From contig CALWTV010000209.1 in the NCBI GenBank assembly GCA_944384555.1, forward strand, positions 1-34,511: a stretch of 34,511 bases of DNA, read 5' to 3'. The position numbers were made by a program, and so were the translations under genes. Positions 9,425-18,842 of this stretch are shown here, in pieces; the first letter of the stretch is position 1, and each line of letters begins with the position of its first letter. This stretch comes from an uncultured Clostridia bacterium (lineage in GTDB: Bacteria > Bacillota > Clostridia > Oscillospirales > CAG-272). Under the pieces are notes generated by a model. It was not told where the DNA came from. It saw nothing but the letters and a program-made list of their open reading frames with translations, and searched no databases.

Positions 9425-10570
9425 TTATTCGGGAATTACGATTTCAATTTCCTTGCCTGCGCGAGCGGACTTAGCTATACCATCGATAATTGCCTGATTG
9501 TATATAATCTGGCTTGTCGGTACCGGAGCTTCGCCGCCTGTCTTAACTGCGTCAAGGAATGAACGAATCTTCTGGTCGAATAATCCCATCTTGCCTCTTG
9601 CTTCAATTATCGGAATAACTGTTTCTGTCTGCTGACCGCATACATCATGATACAGTTTCATAGGACCGCCTACTGTTCCATTCCAGCAATCTGTGGACGG
9701 AATTCTGAGTGCGCCGTCTTTACCGAAGATAATTGTATCACCGGGAGTATCGGGATGCATAGCCCATGCAATTCTGAAGTCAAGGATAATTCCGCCTTCA
9801 AGACGAATAAACGCAGCCGCAAAGTCATCTACGTTAAATCTGTCAGCAAACTGAGGATAATATTTTGTGCTCTTTCCAAAGAAATCGGAAGTATATCCGG
9901 ATACTGTGAGAGGCTTCGGATAACCGATAGCGTTAAGCACCATATCAAGTGAATAGCAGCCGATATCACCAAGGGCGCCTAATCCGGCAGTCTTGTCTTC
10001 TATGAATGTACTTCCCGGAATACCGCGGCGGCGTCCTCCACCAGTCTGAATGTAATAAATATCACCCAAAGTACCGGACTGAACGATTTTCTTTATCATC
10101 TTCATATTATCGTCAAAGCGTGGCTGGAAACCTACGGAAACTATTTTTCCGGATTCAGCTTCAGCTTTTCTGATTTCAACCGCTTCTTCAATTGTAACGC
10201 ACATCGGCTTTTCAAGAAGTACCGGAACACCATGCTTTAAAGCATCAATAGTACAAACCGCGTGAGTTCTGTTATATGTACATACGCTTACTGCGTCAAG
10301 CTCTTCATTGTCGAGCATGGAGGCATGGTCAGGATAAAAATGAACTCCCTCTACACCGAATCTTTCCGCGAATTTCTCAGCTTTTCCCGGAATGAGGTCT
10401 GCCATTGCGACAACTTCTACATCTGGCTGGCTCTTATAGCTCTGAATGTGTGATTCTGCTATCCAACCTGTACCTATAATACCTACTCTTAATTTTTTGC
10501 CTTCCGCTTTGGGGGCATCATCATATACGGTAGGTGTAAACTGGCTTAATACTGCATCATTATTTGCCAT
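9425..10570 (-). CDS. Gfo/Idh/MocA family NAD(P)-dependent oxidoreductase
   Basis: GIIGTGWIA Rossmann motif, VLLEKPM, GFQPRF, GALGDIGCY. Confidence 0.92.
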   Translation of the reverse strand: MANNDAVLSQFTPTVYDDAPKAEGKKLRVGIIGTGWIAESHIQSYKSQPDVEVVAMADLIPGKAEKFAERFGVEGVHFYPDHASMLDNEELDAVSVCTYNRTHAVCTIDALKHGVPVLLEKPMCVTIEEAVEIRKAEAESGKIVSVGFQPRFDDNMKMIKKIVQSGTLGDIYYIQTGGGRRRGIPGSTFIEDKTAGLGALGDIGCYSLDMVLNAIGYPKPLTVSGYTSDFFGKSTKYYPQFADRFNVDDFAAAFIRLEGGIILDFRIAWAMHPDTPGDTIIFGKDGALRIPSTDCWNGTVGGPMKLYHDVCGQQTETVIPIIEARGKMGLFDQKIRSFLDAVKTGGEAPVPTSQIIYNQAIIDGIAKSARAGKEIEIVIPE

Positions 10571-10634
10571 GATAATTTCCGCCTTTCAATATCTTTATTT
10601 ATAAAATTATTAATTTATTTTAAAATTAAAAATA

Positions 10635-11462
10635 TTACCAACCTAAACTCTTGAGATAGTCGCGGCTGAGTTTTGCCGATTCATCACGAGTATTTCCCGC
10701 GGCCGGCTCATCTTGTTCAACAACTACCCATTCTGCGCCTGCATCTACCGATGCTTTGAGTATATCAGGAATATTCTGCATTCCGTGACCGACTGGACGA
10801 AATTCAAATGATGAATTACCTTCATCTGTTTCTTCTTCATCAAGTCCAATAAGCGCGTATAAATGCTTCGGCAATTTTCCGGTTATATTAAAATCTTTAA
10901 GATGAACAACCGGAGCTCTGCCCGAATACTTCATTACGTATTCCGAAGGAACAAGACCTGCTACATTTACCCAACATGTATCTATTTCAGTAGCGAGAAT
11001 ACATGGGCATACTCTTGAATAGAGCTCATCAAGTCCATATTTGCCGTTTTCAAGTTTTACGAACTCAAAATCATGATTATGATAAAGAAGTTTAATTCCT
11101 GCCTCTGACGCGGCTTTTCCGATACGCTTTATTTCTTCTATTGTTTCATCGAATTTTTCAGCGCCGGGACGTCTTTCCTCTGTTACATATGGAATTGCAA
11201 TATATTTACAGCCAATGATTTTATAATCATTGATTGTTTTCTCTGTTTCACTTATCAGCTGGTCGAGAGGAACATGCGCTGATACCGGAACAAGTCCGAT
11301 TTCATCAAGCATTTCCTTTATTTTTGCCGGCTCATTATCAAATAGCCCTGCAAATTCTACACCGTCATAACCCATTGCTTTTACTGCTTTCAAAGTACCG
11401 TAAAAATCAGCAGCAGCACTGTCACGAACAGTATAGAGCTGAAGCGCAACCGGAAGTGACAT
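10635..11462 (-). CDS. Sugar phosphate isomerase/epimerase (xylose isomerase-like TIM barrel)
   Basis: LQLYTVRD, GVEFAG, YHNHDFEF, EIDTCW, VHLKD, VEQD. Start moved to the ATG at 11462, which follows a GGGGGAAG RBS. Confidence 0.9.
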   Translation of the reverse strand: MSLPVALQLYTVRDSAAADFYGTLKAVKAMGYDGVEFAGLFDNEPAKIKEMLDEIGLVPVSAHVPLDQLISETEKTINDYKIIGCKYIAIPYVTEERRPGAEKFDETIEEIKRIGKAASEAGIKLLYHNHDFEFVKLENGKYGLDELYSRVCPCILATEIDTCWVNVAGLVPSEYVMKYSGRAPVVHLKDFNITGKLPKHLYALIGLDEEETDEGNSSFEFRPVGHGMQNIPDILKASVDAGAEWVVVEQDEPAAGNTRDESAKLSRDYLKSLGW

Positions 11463-11501
11463 AATTTTTATCTTCCCCCGTTTCAAGCATATATTTTTTA
11501 T

Positions 11502-11518
11502 ATGATGTTACACATCAT
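11502..11518. promoter_or_regulatory. Candidate operator (7-3-7 inverted repeat)
   Basis: ATGATGT-TAC-ACATCAT over the predicted transcription start. Confidence 0.5.
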
Positions 11519-11523
11519 CATTT

Positions 11524-11552
11524 ATTATAAATGAATATTTGTAGAAATGCAA
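11524..11552 (-). promoter_or_regulatory. Sigma-A promoter for the isomerase-oxidoreductase operon
   Basis: TTGCAT-17 bp-TATAAT on the minus strand. Confidence 0.65.
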
Positions 11553-11591
11553 CAGTTTTTTTCAACTTTTTCAGATTTTTTTGAATGTGAA

Positions 11592-11620
11592 TTGAAGTAT
11601 ATGTTTTTTTCTGGTATAAT
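11592..11620 (+). promoter_or_regulatory. Sigma-A promoter for the GNAT-HAD operon
   Basis: TTGAAG-17 bp-TATAAT with extended TGn. Confidence 0.6.
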
Positions 11621-11779
11621 ATAAAGCAATTTAAAGCTAACAAAATAATTTATATGATATTGAGTGTAAAAATATTATAATCAAACAAAAATAATATGTG
11701 GTTGTGTTATATAAGTTAAGGTCTTAATATAAATTTTAACTGGTTATTGTGCAGAATGAAATTTGCGAAAGGTTAAACC

Positions 11780-13003
11780 ATGAAAGAAAAAATCAGATTA
11801 AAAATTCCAAATGAACAAGAGCTTGAATACCGCAGACAATTGATTTCAGATGAAGAAACCATGTCATACAATATGGGATACGGTGACAACGGAGGATGTA
11901 CATATATCCGTACTTATGAACAAGTACGCTTATGGTATAAAAACTGGAGTAATAACAAAGACCGATTTTACTCGTATATTGTACGAAATTCTGACAACAA
12001 ATTTATCGGTGAAGTCAACATATATAAAAGCAATCCATGGTTTGAAATGGGCATAGTTATAGAATCAAAATATCGCGGAATGGGCTATTCGTCATATGCC
12101 TTGAAACTGCTATTATATCATGCTTTTGAAAATATGAATGCAAACGCAGTACACAATAGTTTTGAAGATACACGAACCGCCGCAATAAAAACACATATTT
12201 CCGCCGGATTTAAGGAAATAAAACACCAAAACGGAATTATCGAGTTTCTTATAACAAAAGAAGAATATTATATGCTCAATGCACTCAAAAATAAAAAATA
12301 TAAGGCTATATTTTTCGACCGTGACGGTACACTGACATATTTTAATCCCGAAAAGGAAAAATACCGCGATGAACTTATCTCATCATGGAGCGGAAAACCG
12401 TTTGAACTCCCATATGAAAAAATGATGAATCTTTTTCAGCTTGCCTCTGAAGGCAGAAAACCATGGTACAAAAATCTCTCTGATGAAATTGAATTTTTTA
12501 AACGATATTATTATCATTTATTGATTGGGGAAGGCGTTACTGATGACACAGCTTACAAAGCGGAAATACTCTTTTCTGAATTATGGTGTAATAATGACCG
12601 CCTGTTATTTGATGAAGCAATCGAAGTATTAGAATATTTTTATAAAAATGGCTACAAAATCGGCGTTATAAGCGATACATCTCCGTCACTGGAATACACA
12701 TTAAAGCAGCTCGGAATTGCACATTATTTTACCTCATTTACGGCAAGCTCACTCGTAGGCGCAGGAAAACCAAGTCCAATAATATTTAATGCGGCGCTTA
12801 AAGCTCAAGGAGTATCTGCTGATGAAAGCATTTATGTTGACGATTACAAACCCGAGGCTGACGGAGCAAGGGAGCAAGGATTTACTTCATTTTGGCTTGA
12901 CAGAAGCGGCAGTAGCCATGATATCTGGACAATCTCAAATTTAAAACAGCTTATTGATTTAATCGAAAAAAATAAATACAACGAGGATATTGATACTGAA
13001 TGA
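11780..13003 (+). CDS. Fusion of RimJ/RimL-type GNAT acetyltransferase and HAD-family hydrolase
   Basis: N-terminal FIGEV..EMGIVIESKYRGMGY..ALKLLL..AF; C-terminal FFDRDGTL (motif I), VISDT, GKPSP.IF, YVDD. Confidence 0.85.
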   Translation: MKEKIRLKIPNEQELEYRRQLISDEETMSYNMGYGDNGGCTYIRTYEQVRLWYKNWSNNKDRFYSYIVRNSDNKFIGEVNIYKSNPWFEMGIVIESKYRGMGYSSYALKLLLYHAFENMNANAVHNSFEDTRTAAIKTHISAGFKEIKHQNGIIEFLITKEEYYMLNALKNKKYKAIFFDRDGTLTYFNPEKEKYRDELISSWSGKPFELPYEKMMNLFQLASEGRKPWYKNLSDEIEFFKRYYYHLLIGEGVTDDTAYKAEILFSELWCNNDRLLFDEAIEVLEYFYKNGYKIGVISDTSPSLEYTLKQLGIAHYFTSFTASSLVGAGKPSPIIFNAALKAQGVSADESIYVDDYKPEADGAREQGFTSFWLDRSGSSHDIWTISNLKQLIDLIEKNKYNEDIDTE

Positions 13004-13551
13004 AAACATTGATATTTAACGGTTCACCGAGAAAAAACGGCGATACAGTTGCTATGATTAATTCGCTTAAACGTGAACTCGGCGGAGAAATAAATCAGAT
13101 AGATACATTTTATTCTGATATAAAGCCATGCATGGACTGCCGATACTGTATTTCACACGAAAACTGCTCAATAAACGACGATATGATTAATGTATTCAAA
13201 TTGATTGACGAAGCTGACAATATAGTTGTAGCTTCACCGATATATTTTTCAATGCTTACCGGCTCACTTCTAAACATTTTTAGCAGACTTCAATATATTT
13301 ATATTCTAAAGCGATTCCACCACCAAAATATACTGTCAAATAAAAAAAGAAACGGTATTATATTTCTCGCGGGAGGCGGAGACGGTTCCGCTGATAAAGC
13401 TATTGAAACAGCTGCTTGTTGCTTGAAAATTATGGGAGCTAACGTTATTGGTACTGTATGCAGTCACAATACGGATAATATACCCGCAGCCGAAGATGAA
13501 AATGCAATGTCACAAATTAAATTGATTGCGGAGAAATTGAAAAATTATTGA
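13000..13551 (+). CDS. Flavodoxin-family iron-sulfur flavoprotein (FMN reductase-like)
   Basis: NGSPRKNGDT, CMDCRYCISHENC (Cx2Cx2Cx5C), ASPIYF; ATGA overlap with the upstream gene. Confidence 0.88.
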   Translation: MKTLIFNGSPRKNGDTVAMINSLKRELGGEINQIDTFYSDIKPCMDCRYCISHENCSINDDMINVFKLIDEADNIVVASPIYFSMLTGSLLNIFSRLQYIYILKRFHHQNILSNKKRNGIIFLAGGGDGSADKAIETAACCLKIMGANVIGTVCSHNTDNIPAAEDENAMSQIKLIAEKLKNY

Positions 13552-13586
13552 ACTGACTTTTCTAAATACACAAAAATAAAACGAAC

Positions 13587-13663
13587 AGTAAAAAACCGAA
13601 AAAGATATCATAAATCAGACGTTTTAAAACATCTCTCTTAAAAATATCTATTTCGGTTTCACT
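13587..13663. terminator. Long imperfect hairpin between convergent genes (probable terminator)
   Basis: AAACCGAAA-A-AGATAT (13593-13608) pairs with ATATCT-A-TTTCGGTTT (13644-13659); inner GTTTTAAAAC palindrome. Confidence 0.55.
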
Positions 13664-13695
13664 AATTGCTATATTAAAAATCTAAAAATTTAAAA

Positions 13696-14124
13696 TCAGC
13701 TCTGAATGGACTTAACAATATCTTCAGCCCACTTTACGATTCCCTGACGTTCTTCCATTTTAATATTCTTTATAAATTTAAAAGGAAGACCTCCGTTCAC
13801 AAAATATGTTTCGCCTACCACTTTATTGCCAGCTTCTTCGATAGCATCTTTTACAATTTTTATACCAGCAGCGTCTTTTTTACCATCAACTACAAGAGCT
13901 ACATTTTGAGTTCTATCTTTTGTAAGCTCGCGGCAGAAACGCACTACATTATCCGAAACATCATTTCCTAAAGAAAGAACAAGTATAACAAGGCGTTCAC
14001 GGTCACATGAATATGCCGGTGGAATTGTATCCACAGGTTTTTCACATTTTTGTGATTCAGAAATTGCGTTTGCAAATGTAATTACTCTTCCCTTAGAGGT
14101 AGAATAGAGTACTCTCATTTTCAT
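13696..14124 (-). CDS. Flavodoxin-fold-like protein with degenerate FMN motif
   Basis: Strong AGGAGG RBS; 142 aa alternating beta/alpha pattern; N-terminus RVLYSTSKGRVITFANAI resembles flavodoxin IxYxSxTGNTxxxAxxI; ends in WAEDI. Confidence 0.6.
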   Translation of the reverse strand: MKMRVLYSTSKGRVITFANAISESQKCEKPVDTIPPAYSCDRERLVILVLSLGNDVSDNVVRFCRELTKDRTQNVALVVDGKKDAAGIKIVKDAIEEAGNKVVGETYFVNGGLPFKFIKNIKMEERQGIVKWAEDIVKSIQS

Positions 14125-14346
14125 AATATATAAATCCTCCTAAAAATATTATTTGTGTCAACATTATACAATATGATACACTCACTCTTTAAAGCACATA
14201 TCAAAAGATACAACAGTACTTATACATTATATCACATTATTTTAATTATTTAAATAGGAAAAATATATTTTATATATTTTTGTGAGATGTTACATATATA
14301 ATCACGTGAAATAACAAAATTGCACAAATACATTTCATATACTTGC

Positions 14347-14375
14347 TTGACAATAAACTATTATTATGATATATT
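14347..14375 (+). promoter_or_regulatory. Sigma-A promoter for the sulfotransferase
   Basis: TTGACA-17 bp-TATATT with extended TGn. Confidence 0.65.
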
Positions 14376-14436
14376 TATTCATGTAAATTACATTACTGCA
14401 ATCTAAATTTTATTATTAATACGGAGAATTATTGCT

Positions 14437-15156
14437 ATGCTTATTACCATAATCGGACGCGGTCATTCCGGCACACGTTCAATATCACACACCTTATCTG
14501 CAAGCAACGTTTTCATGGGAGAACCTTTAAATGGTTCAGGCGATTTGTTACCTCCCGAAAAAATGTATGAAGCCTGCCGTGTAATGGCTCATTATGTAGA
14601 ATACAAGGGTGGACTTGAATGGGATTTCAGCAAACTTCACACTATGGAAATTGACCCTTTATTCAAACGTCTTATTGAGGAGTATCTTTCATCTGTACTT
14701 AACAGCCCGGCTGAAAACAAAGGCTGGAAAATACCCGAAACTACTCTTGTTTATCCTTGGATTGTCAGAATGTTCCCTGACATCAAATATATTCACTGGG
14801 TACGCGATCCGCGTGATTGTATCCTCGGCGGTCATCTCACTGATGATTTAAACGATTTCGGCATTCAGTATGATAAAACTGACGATATCCGCCGCAACCG
14901 CGCGATTAGCTGGAAGTATCAGCGTGAAATTGTAAAAGCTACTCCGGCACCTAAAAATCAAATATTTATCAGATTCGAGGATATGGTATTTAAACAGGAC
15001 GAAACTCTCGCAAAACTCAGCGAGTATCTCGGAATTCCCATGGCTAAAATTGAAATGCGTCCCGATTCAGTCGGAAGATACAAAACTGATACCGGAGTAC
15101 ATATGTATGATTTCTTCAAAGAAGAAATGGATATCTGCGGCTACGACTATAACTGA
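14437..15156 (+). CDS. Sulfotransferase family protein
   Basis: IIGRGHSGT 5'-PSB-like loop, GWKIP, IHWVRDPRD 3'-PB motif, IRFEDM. Confidence 0.82.
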   Translation: MLITIIGRGHSGTRSISHTLSASNVFMGEPLNGSGDLLPPEKMYEACRVMAHYVEYKGGLEWDFSKLHTMEIDPLFKRLIEEYLSSVLNSPAENKGWKIPETTLVYPWIVRMFPDIKYIHWVRDPRDCILGGHLTDDLNDFGIQYDKTDDIRRNRAISWKYQREIVKATPAPKNQIFIRFEDMVFKQDETLAKLSEYLGIPMAKIEMRPDSVGRYKTDTGVHMYDFFKEEMDICGYDYN

Positions 15157-15169
15157 AAAAAATAAAATT

Positions 15170-15202
15170 AAAGCTCCCTTTTTCATGAAGGGAGCTCGTT
15201 TT
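15170..15202. terminator. Bidirectional intrinsic terminator
   Basis: AGCTCCCTT (15172-15180) / AAGGGAGCT (15188-15196) between convergent genes. Confidence 0.8.
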
Positions 15203-15220
15203 ATTATAGATTTCAAAAAA

Positions 15221-17086
15221 TTAGGTGGCAAAACCGGCAAATTGATTTTGATAAAGCTTATAATACTCGCCCTTAGCCTCTATAAGTTCATCATGGTTTC
15301 CGGTTTCTGCAACTGTACCGTTTTTAATTACCACAATTACATCTGCATCGCGTATAGTGGAAAGACGGTGCGCAATTATCAGACTTGTACGGTTTTTCAT
15401 AAGCGCAACCATTGCCTGCTGAATGTGCATTTCCGTTCTTGTGTCAACGCTTGATGTTGCTTCGTCAAGAATAAGTATTTTGGGGTCTGCAAGTACTGCA
15501 CGCGTTATCGAAAGAAGCTGACGCTGTCCCTGACTCAAATTTCCTCCTGATTCGGCAAGCTGAGTTTTATATCCTTCTGGCAGACGGTCTATAAATATAT
15601 CTGCATTTGCGGTAGCTGCTGCGGCTTTTACTTCCGCTTCAGTTGCATTGAGGTTACCATATTTTATATTTGTTTCTATAGTGTCTGAGAAAAGCACAGT
15701 ATCCTGAAGTACAATTCCAATAGCACTTCGCAAGTCTTTTTTCGGGATTTCGGTGATATTTTTTCCGTCAAGCAAAATTTCACCGCTGTCAATTTCATAA
15801 AATCTCGTCAAAAGATTAACTACCGTGGTTTTACCGGAACCTGTCGCTCCAACTATCGCTATTTTTTGTCCCTGTTTTACTTTAAGATTAAAATCTTTAA
15901 GCACAGGTTCACCTTCGTTATATGAGAAATATATATGATTGAACTCAATATTTCCCTTTACCTCATCTGCCGGCATTGCGTCTTTGCCTTCATCAATTTC
16001 ATCTTCCGAATCAAGTATTGCAAATACACGCTCCGCACCGGCAATCGCGGTCAAAATCTGCGCATACTGGTTAGCTATTTGGTTTATAGGCTGTGCAAAC
16101 TGACGTGAATACTGTAAAATAGACTGAATATTTCCGACTGAAATCGCTCCGTTGAAACACATATAACCGCCAAACGCCGCTACTATCAAATAATTGAGGT
16201 TATTGATTACATTCATACAGGGACCCATTATTCCGCCCCATACGTTTGCCTTTATACTGCATTTACGGAATTCATCGCTCGCCTTTGAAAATTCTGTACA
16301 TGCCTTTTTTTCTTTTCCATATGCCATTACGGTTTTATAGCCTGATACCATTTCCTCAATCTGACCATTTAAGTTTCCGAGAATTCTCTGACGCTCGACA
16401 AAGTACTTTCTCATAAACTTAGATAAAAACAACGATACAAACAATGTAAGAGGAATTGTTATCATAGCAACAAGCGCCATCTGCCATTTGATGAAAATCA
16501 TCATTGCAAGTGCGCCGACTAATGTAATCACACTTGAAAACAATGAGCTTATTGACGTTGAAATTGTATTTGACACGTTATCAACATCATTCGTCATTCG
16601 GCTCATAATATCTCCATGCTGATGCGTATCCGTATATCTTATAGGAAGATACGATATCTTCTTAAAAAGGTCATTTCTCATAGTATGAACTGTATTCTGT
16701 GATATCTGAGCAGAAATCAATCCCTGTATAAATGTCAGAAGTGCCGATAAAATATACACTCCACCCATCATCGCAAGTGTTTTCAAAAGGGAATTAAAAT
16801 CTATGCTCAACTTACTGTCAGTAATTGTAATAGTGTCAATCGCTATACCCTGCAAGTACGGGCCAGCCAATGTAAGAAATGCTGCTGCTATCGTAATGAG
16901 TAAAAGCAATATTACAAGATATCTGTTTGCACCTATATACTTCAGCAGTTTTACTATTGTTTTTTTGGCATTTTTAGGTTTTTCTCTTACCATTTGCATA
17001 CGTGGAGGGCCACCCATTGGTCCGCGCTGATTTGTATTTTGAGTCTGATTTTTATTTTGAGCACCATCAGGCATTTTCTTATCCAT
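15221..17086 (-). CDS. ABC exporter ATP-binding/permease subunit with consensus catalytic residues (TM288-like)
   Basis: Six-TM domain plus GATGSGKT, LSQGQRQ, ILDEATSSVD, IAHRL. Confidence 0.93.
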   Translation of the reverse strand: MDKKMPDGAQNKNQTQNTNQRGPMGGPPRMQMVREKPKNAKKTIVKLLKYIGANRYLVILLLLITIAAAFLTLAGPYLQGIAIDTITITDSKLSIDFNSLLKTLAMMGGVYILSALLTFIQGLISAQISQNTVHTMRNDLFKKISYLPIRYTDTHQHGDIMSRMTNDVDNVSNTISTSISSLFSSVITLVGALAMMIFIKWQMALVAMITIPLTLFVSLFLSKFMRKYFVERQRILGNLNGQIEEMVSGYKTVMAYGKEKKACTEFSKASDEFRKCSIKANVWGGIMGPCMNVINNLNYLIVAAFGGYMCFNGAISVGNIQSILQYSRQFAQPINQIANQYAQILTAIAGAERVFAILDSEDEIDEGKDAMPADEVKGNIEFNHIYFSYNEGEPVLKDFNLKVKQGQKIAIVGATGSGKTTVVNLLTRFYEIDSGEILLDGKNITEIPKKDLRSAIGIVLQDTVLFSDTIETNIKYGNLNATEAEVKAAAATANADIFIDRLPEGYKTQLAESGGNLSQGQRQLLSITRAVLADPKILILDEATSSVDTRTEMHIQQAMVALMKNRTSLIIAHRLSTIRDADVIVVIKNGTVAETGNHDELIEAKGEYYKLYQNQFAGFAT

Positions 17087-18842
17087 TTATAACACCCCCG
17101 TTTTCATTGGATTTCATCTGTGAGCTATAAATATCACGGTATGTTGCACTCGTTTTCATCAAATTTTCATGATTATCAAATGCGGTTATTGTGCCGTTCT
17201 CAATAACTGCTATTTTATCAGCGCTCATTATACTAGCAATACGTTGTGCGATAATAATAATAGTTGTTCCCTTAAGATTTTCACGAAGTGATTTCTGTAA
17301 CTTTGCTTCTGTTCCCAAATCAAGCGCGGAGGTACTGTCATCAAAAATTATAATTTCAGGTTTACGTATAACTGCCCTCGCAATAGATACACGCTGTTTC
17401 TGGCCTCCAGAAAGTGACGTACCTTTTTCCGCGATTATTGTATTATATCCATCTGTAAAGGAACTTATAAACTCATCTGCCTGAGCGATTTCAGCAACTT
17501 TTTTTATTTCTTCATCAGTTGCGTCAGGTCTTCCCCAGCGAATATTATCCGCTACCGTACCCGAAAACAATTCACTTTTTTGAAGTACAAAACCGATTTT
17601 TTTACGCAGCTGTTCAATATCCCAATCACGTACATTAACACCATCTACAATTACTTCTCCGCTGTCAGCGTCATAGAATCGAGTAATTAAATTTACAAGT
17701 GAGCTTTTTCCCGAACCGGTTGAGCCTATAATCGCTATTGTTTCACCCTTATTTACCTTTAAATTTATATCTGACAATACGTTATTTCCATGAGTTCCCG
17801 GATAACGGAAATTAACTTTTTTAAATTCAACTGTTCCCTGTGATATTCCTGTATCATTTGTTCCGCTTATAATTACGGGATTTGCTTCAAGCACTGCCTT
17901 AACACGGTCCGCAGACGCTTTTCCACGTGAAATCTGCTGTGCCATCATGCTTACCATCATAATCGACATAAGCACGTTTGTAATATATGTAGTTGCCGCC
18001 ATTACATCGCCTACATTCATTGCTTTTGCTTCAATTTGAAGGCCGCCTATATAAATTATAGCTAATGTAGACAAATTCATTACAATCATTAAAATAGGGC
18101 CAATTGATGCCATAAGTTTCAACACGCGCATGGAAGTATTTTTAAAATCCGTATTAGCTTCGCCGAATCTATTTATTTCATAGTCTTCTCGGGTATACGC
18201 TTTTATAACGCGCGCACCAGAAACATTTTCCTGAACGACAGAATTTACTTTATCAAGCTTTTTCTGTACCGCAGAAAACATCGGATTTGCTTTAAATAAT
18301 ATTACTCCGCATACAACAAGCATTACAGGAATTGAAAAAATCATTACATATCCAAAATTTACATTAAGCGAAAGACACATGATTAAACCGCCTATAAGCG
18401 ATATAGGGGCACGCACGAACATTCTCAAAACCATAGCTACAAAATCCTGAAGGGTCGTGATATCATTGGTAAGTCTTGTAACAAGTGAACCTGTGGTAAA
18501 TTTATCGGTTTGTTCTAGCGACAAATGCATAACTCTATCAAAAGCTTCTACTCTGACATCGTTTCCGAATCCTTGTGAAGCAACACTTGCAGTCCATGCG
18601 CACATTATACCCATAAAACCGCCGAATGCTACAAGTATCAGCATTTGTATTCCTGTAGATATGATAACTCCCATGTCATTGCCAAGTACACCATTATTAA
18701 CAATTTTAGACATAAGTTTAGGCTGCATAAGGTCTATCATAACTTCCCCAACCATAAAGATAGGAGAGATTATAGTAAAAAGCAAATATGGTTTAAGGTA
18801 TCTCGTTAATTTTACTTTTGACTTAGTCTTTTGGCTGCTCAT
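17079..18842 (-). CDS. ABC exporter ATP-binding/permease subunit with degenerate catalytic residues (TM287-like)
   Basis: GSTGSGKS, LSGGQKQR, degenerate Walker B FDDSTSALD and switch IAQRI. Start placed at ATG 18842 by spacing from ACGGAG. Confidence 0.92.
   Translation of the reverse strand: MSSQKTKSKVKLTRYLKPYLLFTIISPIFMVGEVMIDLMQPKLMSKIVNNGVLGNDMGVIISTGIQMLILVAFGGFMGIMCAWTASVASQGFGNDVRVEAFDRVMHLSLEQTDKFTTGSLVTRLTNDITTLQDFVAMVLRMFVRAPISLIGGLIMCLSLNVNFGYVMIFSIPVMLVVCGVILFKANPMFSAVQKKLDKVNSVVQENVSGARVIKAYTREDYEINRFGEANTDFKNTSMRVLKLMASIGPILMIVMNLSTLAIIYIGGLQIEAKAMNVGDVMAATTYITNVLMSIMMVSMMAQQISRGKASADRVKAVLEANPVIISGTNDTGISQGTVEFKKVNFRYPGTHGNNVLSDINLKVNKGETIAIIGSTGSGKSSLVNLITRFYDADSGEVIVDGVNVRDWDIEQLRKKIGFVLQKSELFSGTVADNIRWGRPDATDEEIKKVAEIAQADEFISSFTDGYNTIIAEKGTSLSGGQKQRVSIARAVIRKPEIIIFDDSTSALDLGTEAKLQKSLRENLKGTTIIIIAQRIASIMSADKIAVIENGTITAFDNHENLMKTSATYRDIYSSQMKSNENGGVING

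Noticed and set aside
17079-18842. Mutated Walker B (DD) and switch (Q) suggesting an inactive ABC gene
   Set aside because: This is the standard degenerate site of heterodimeric ABC exporters.
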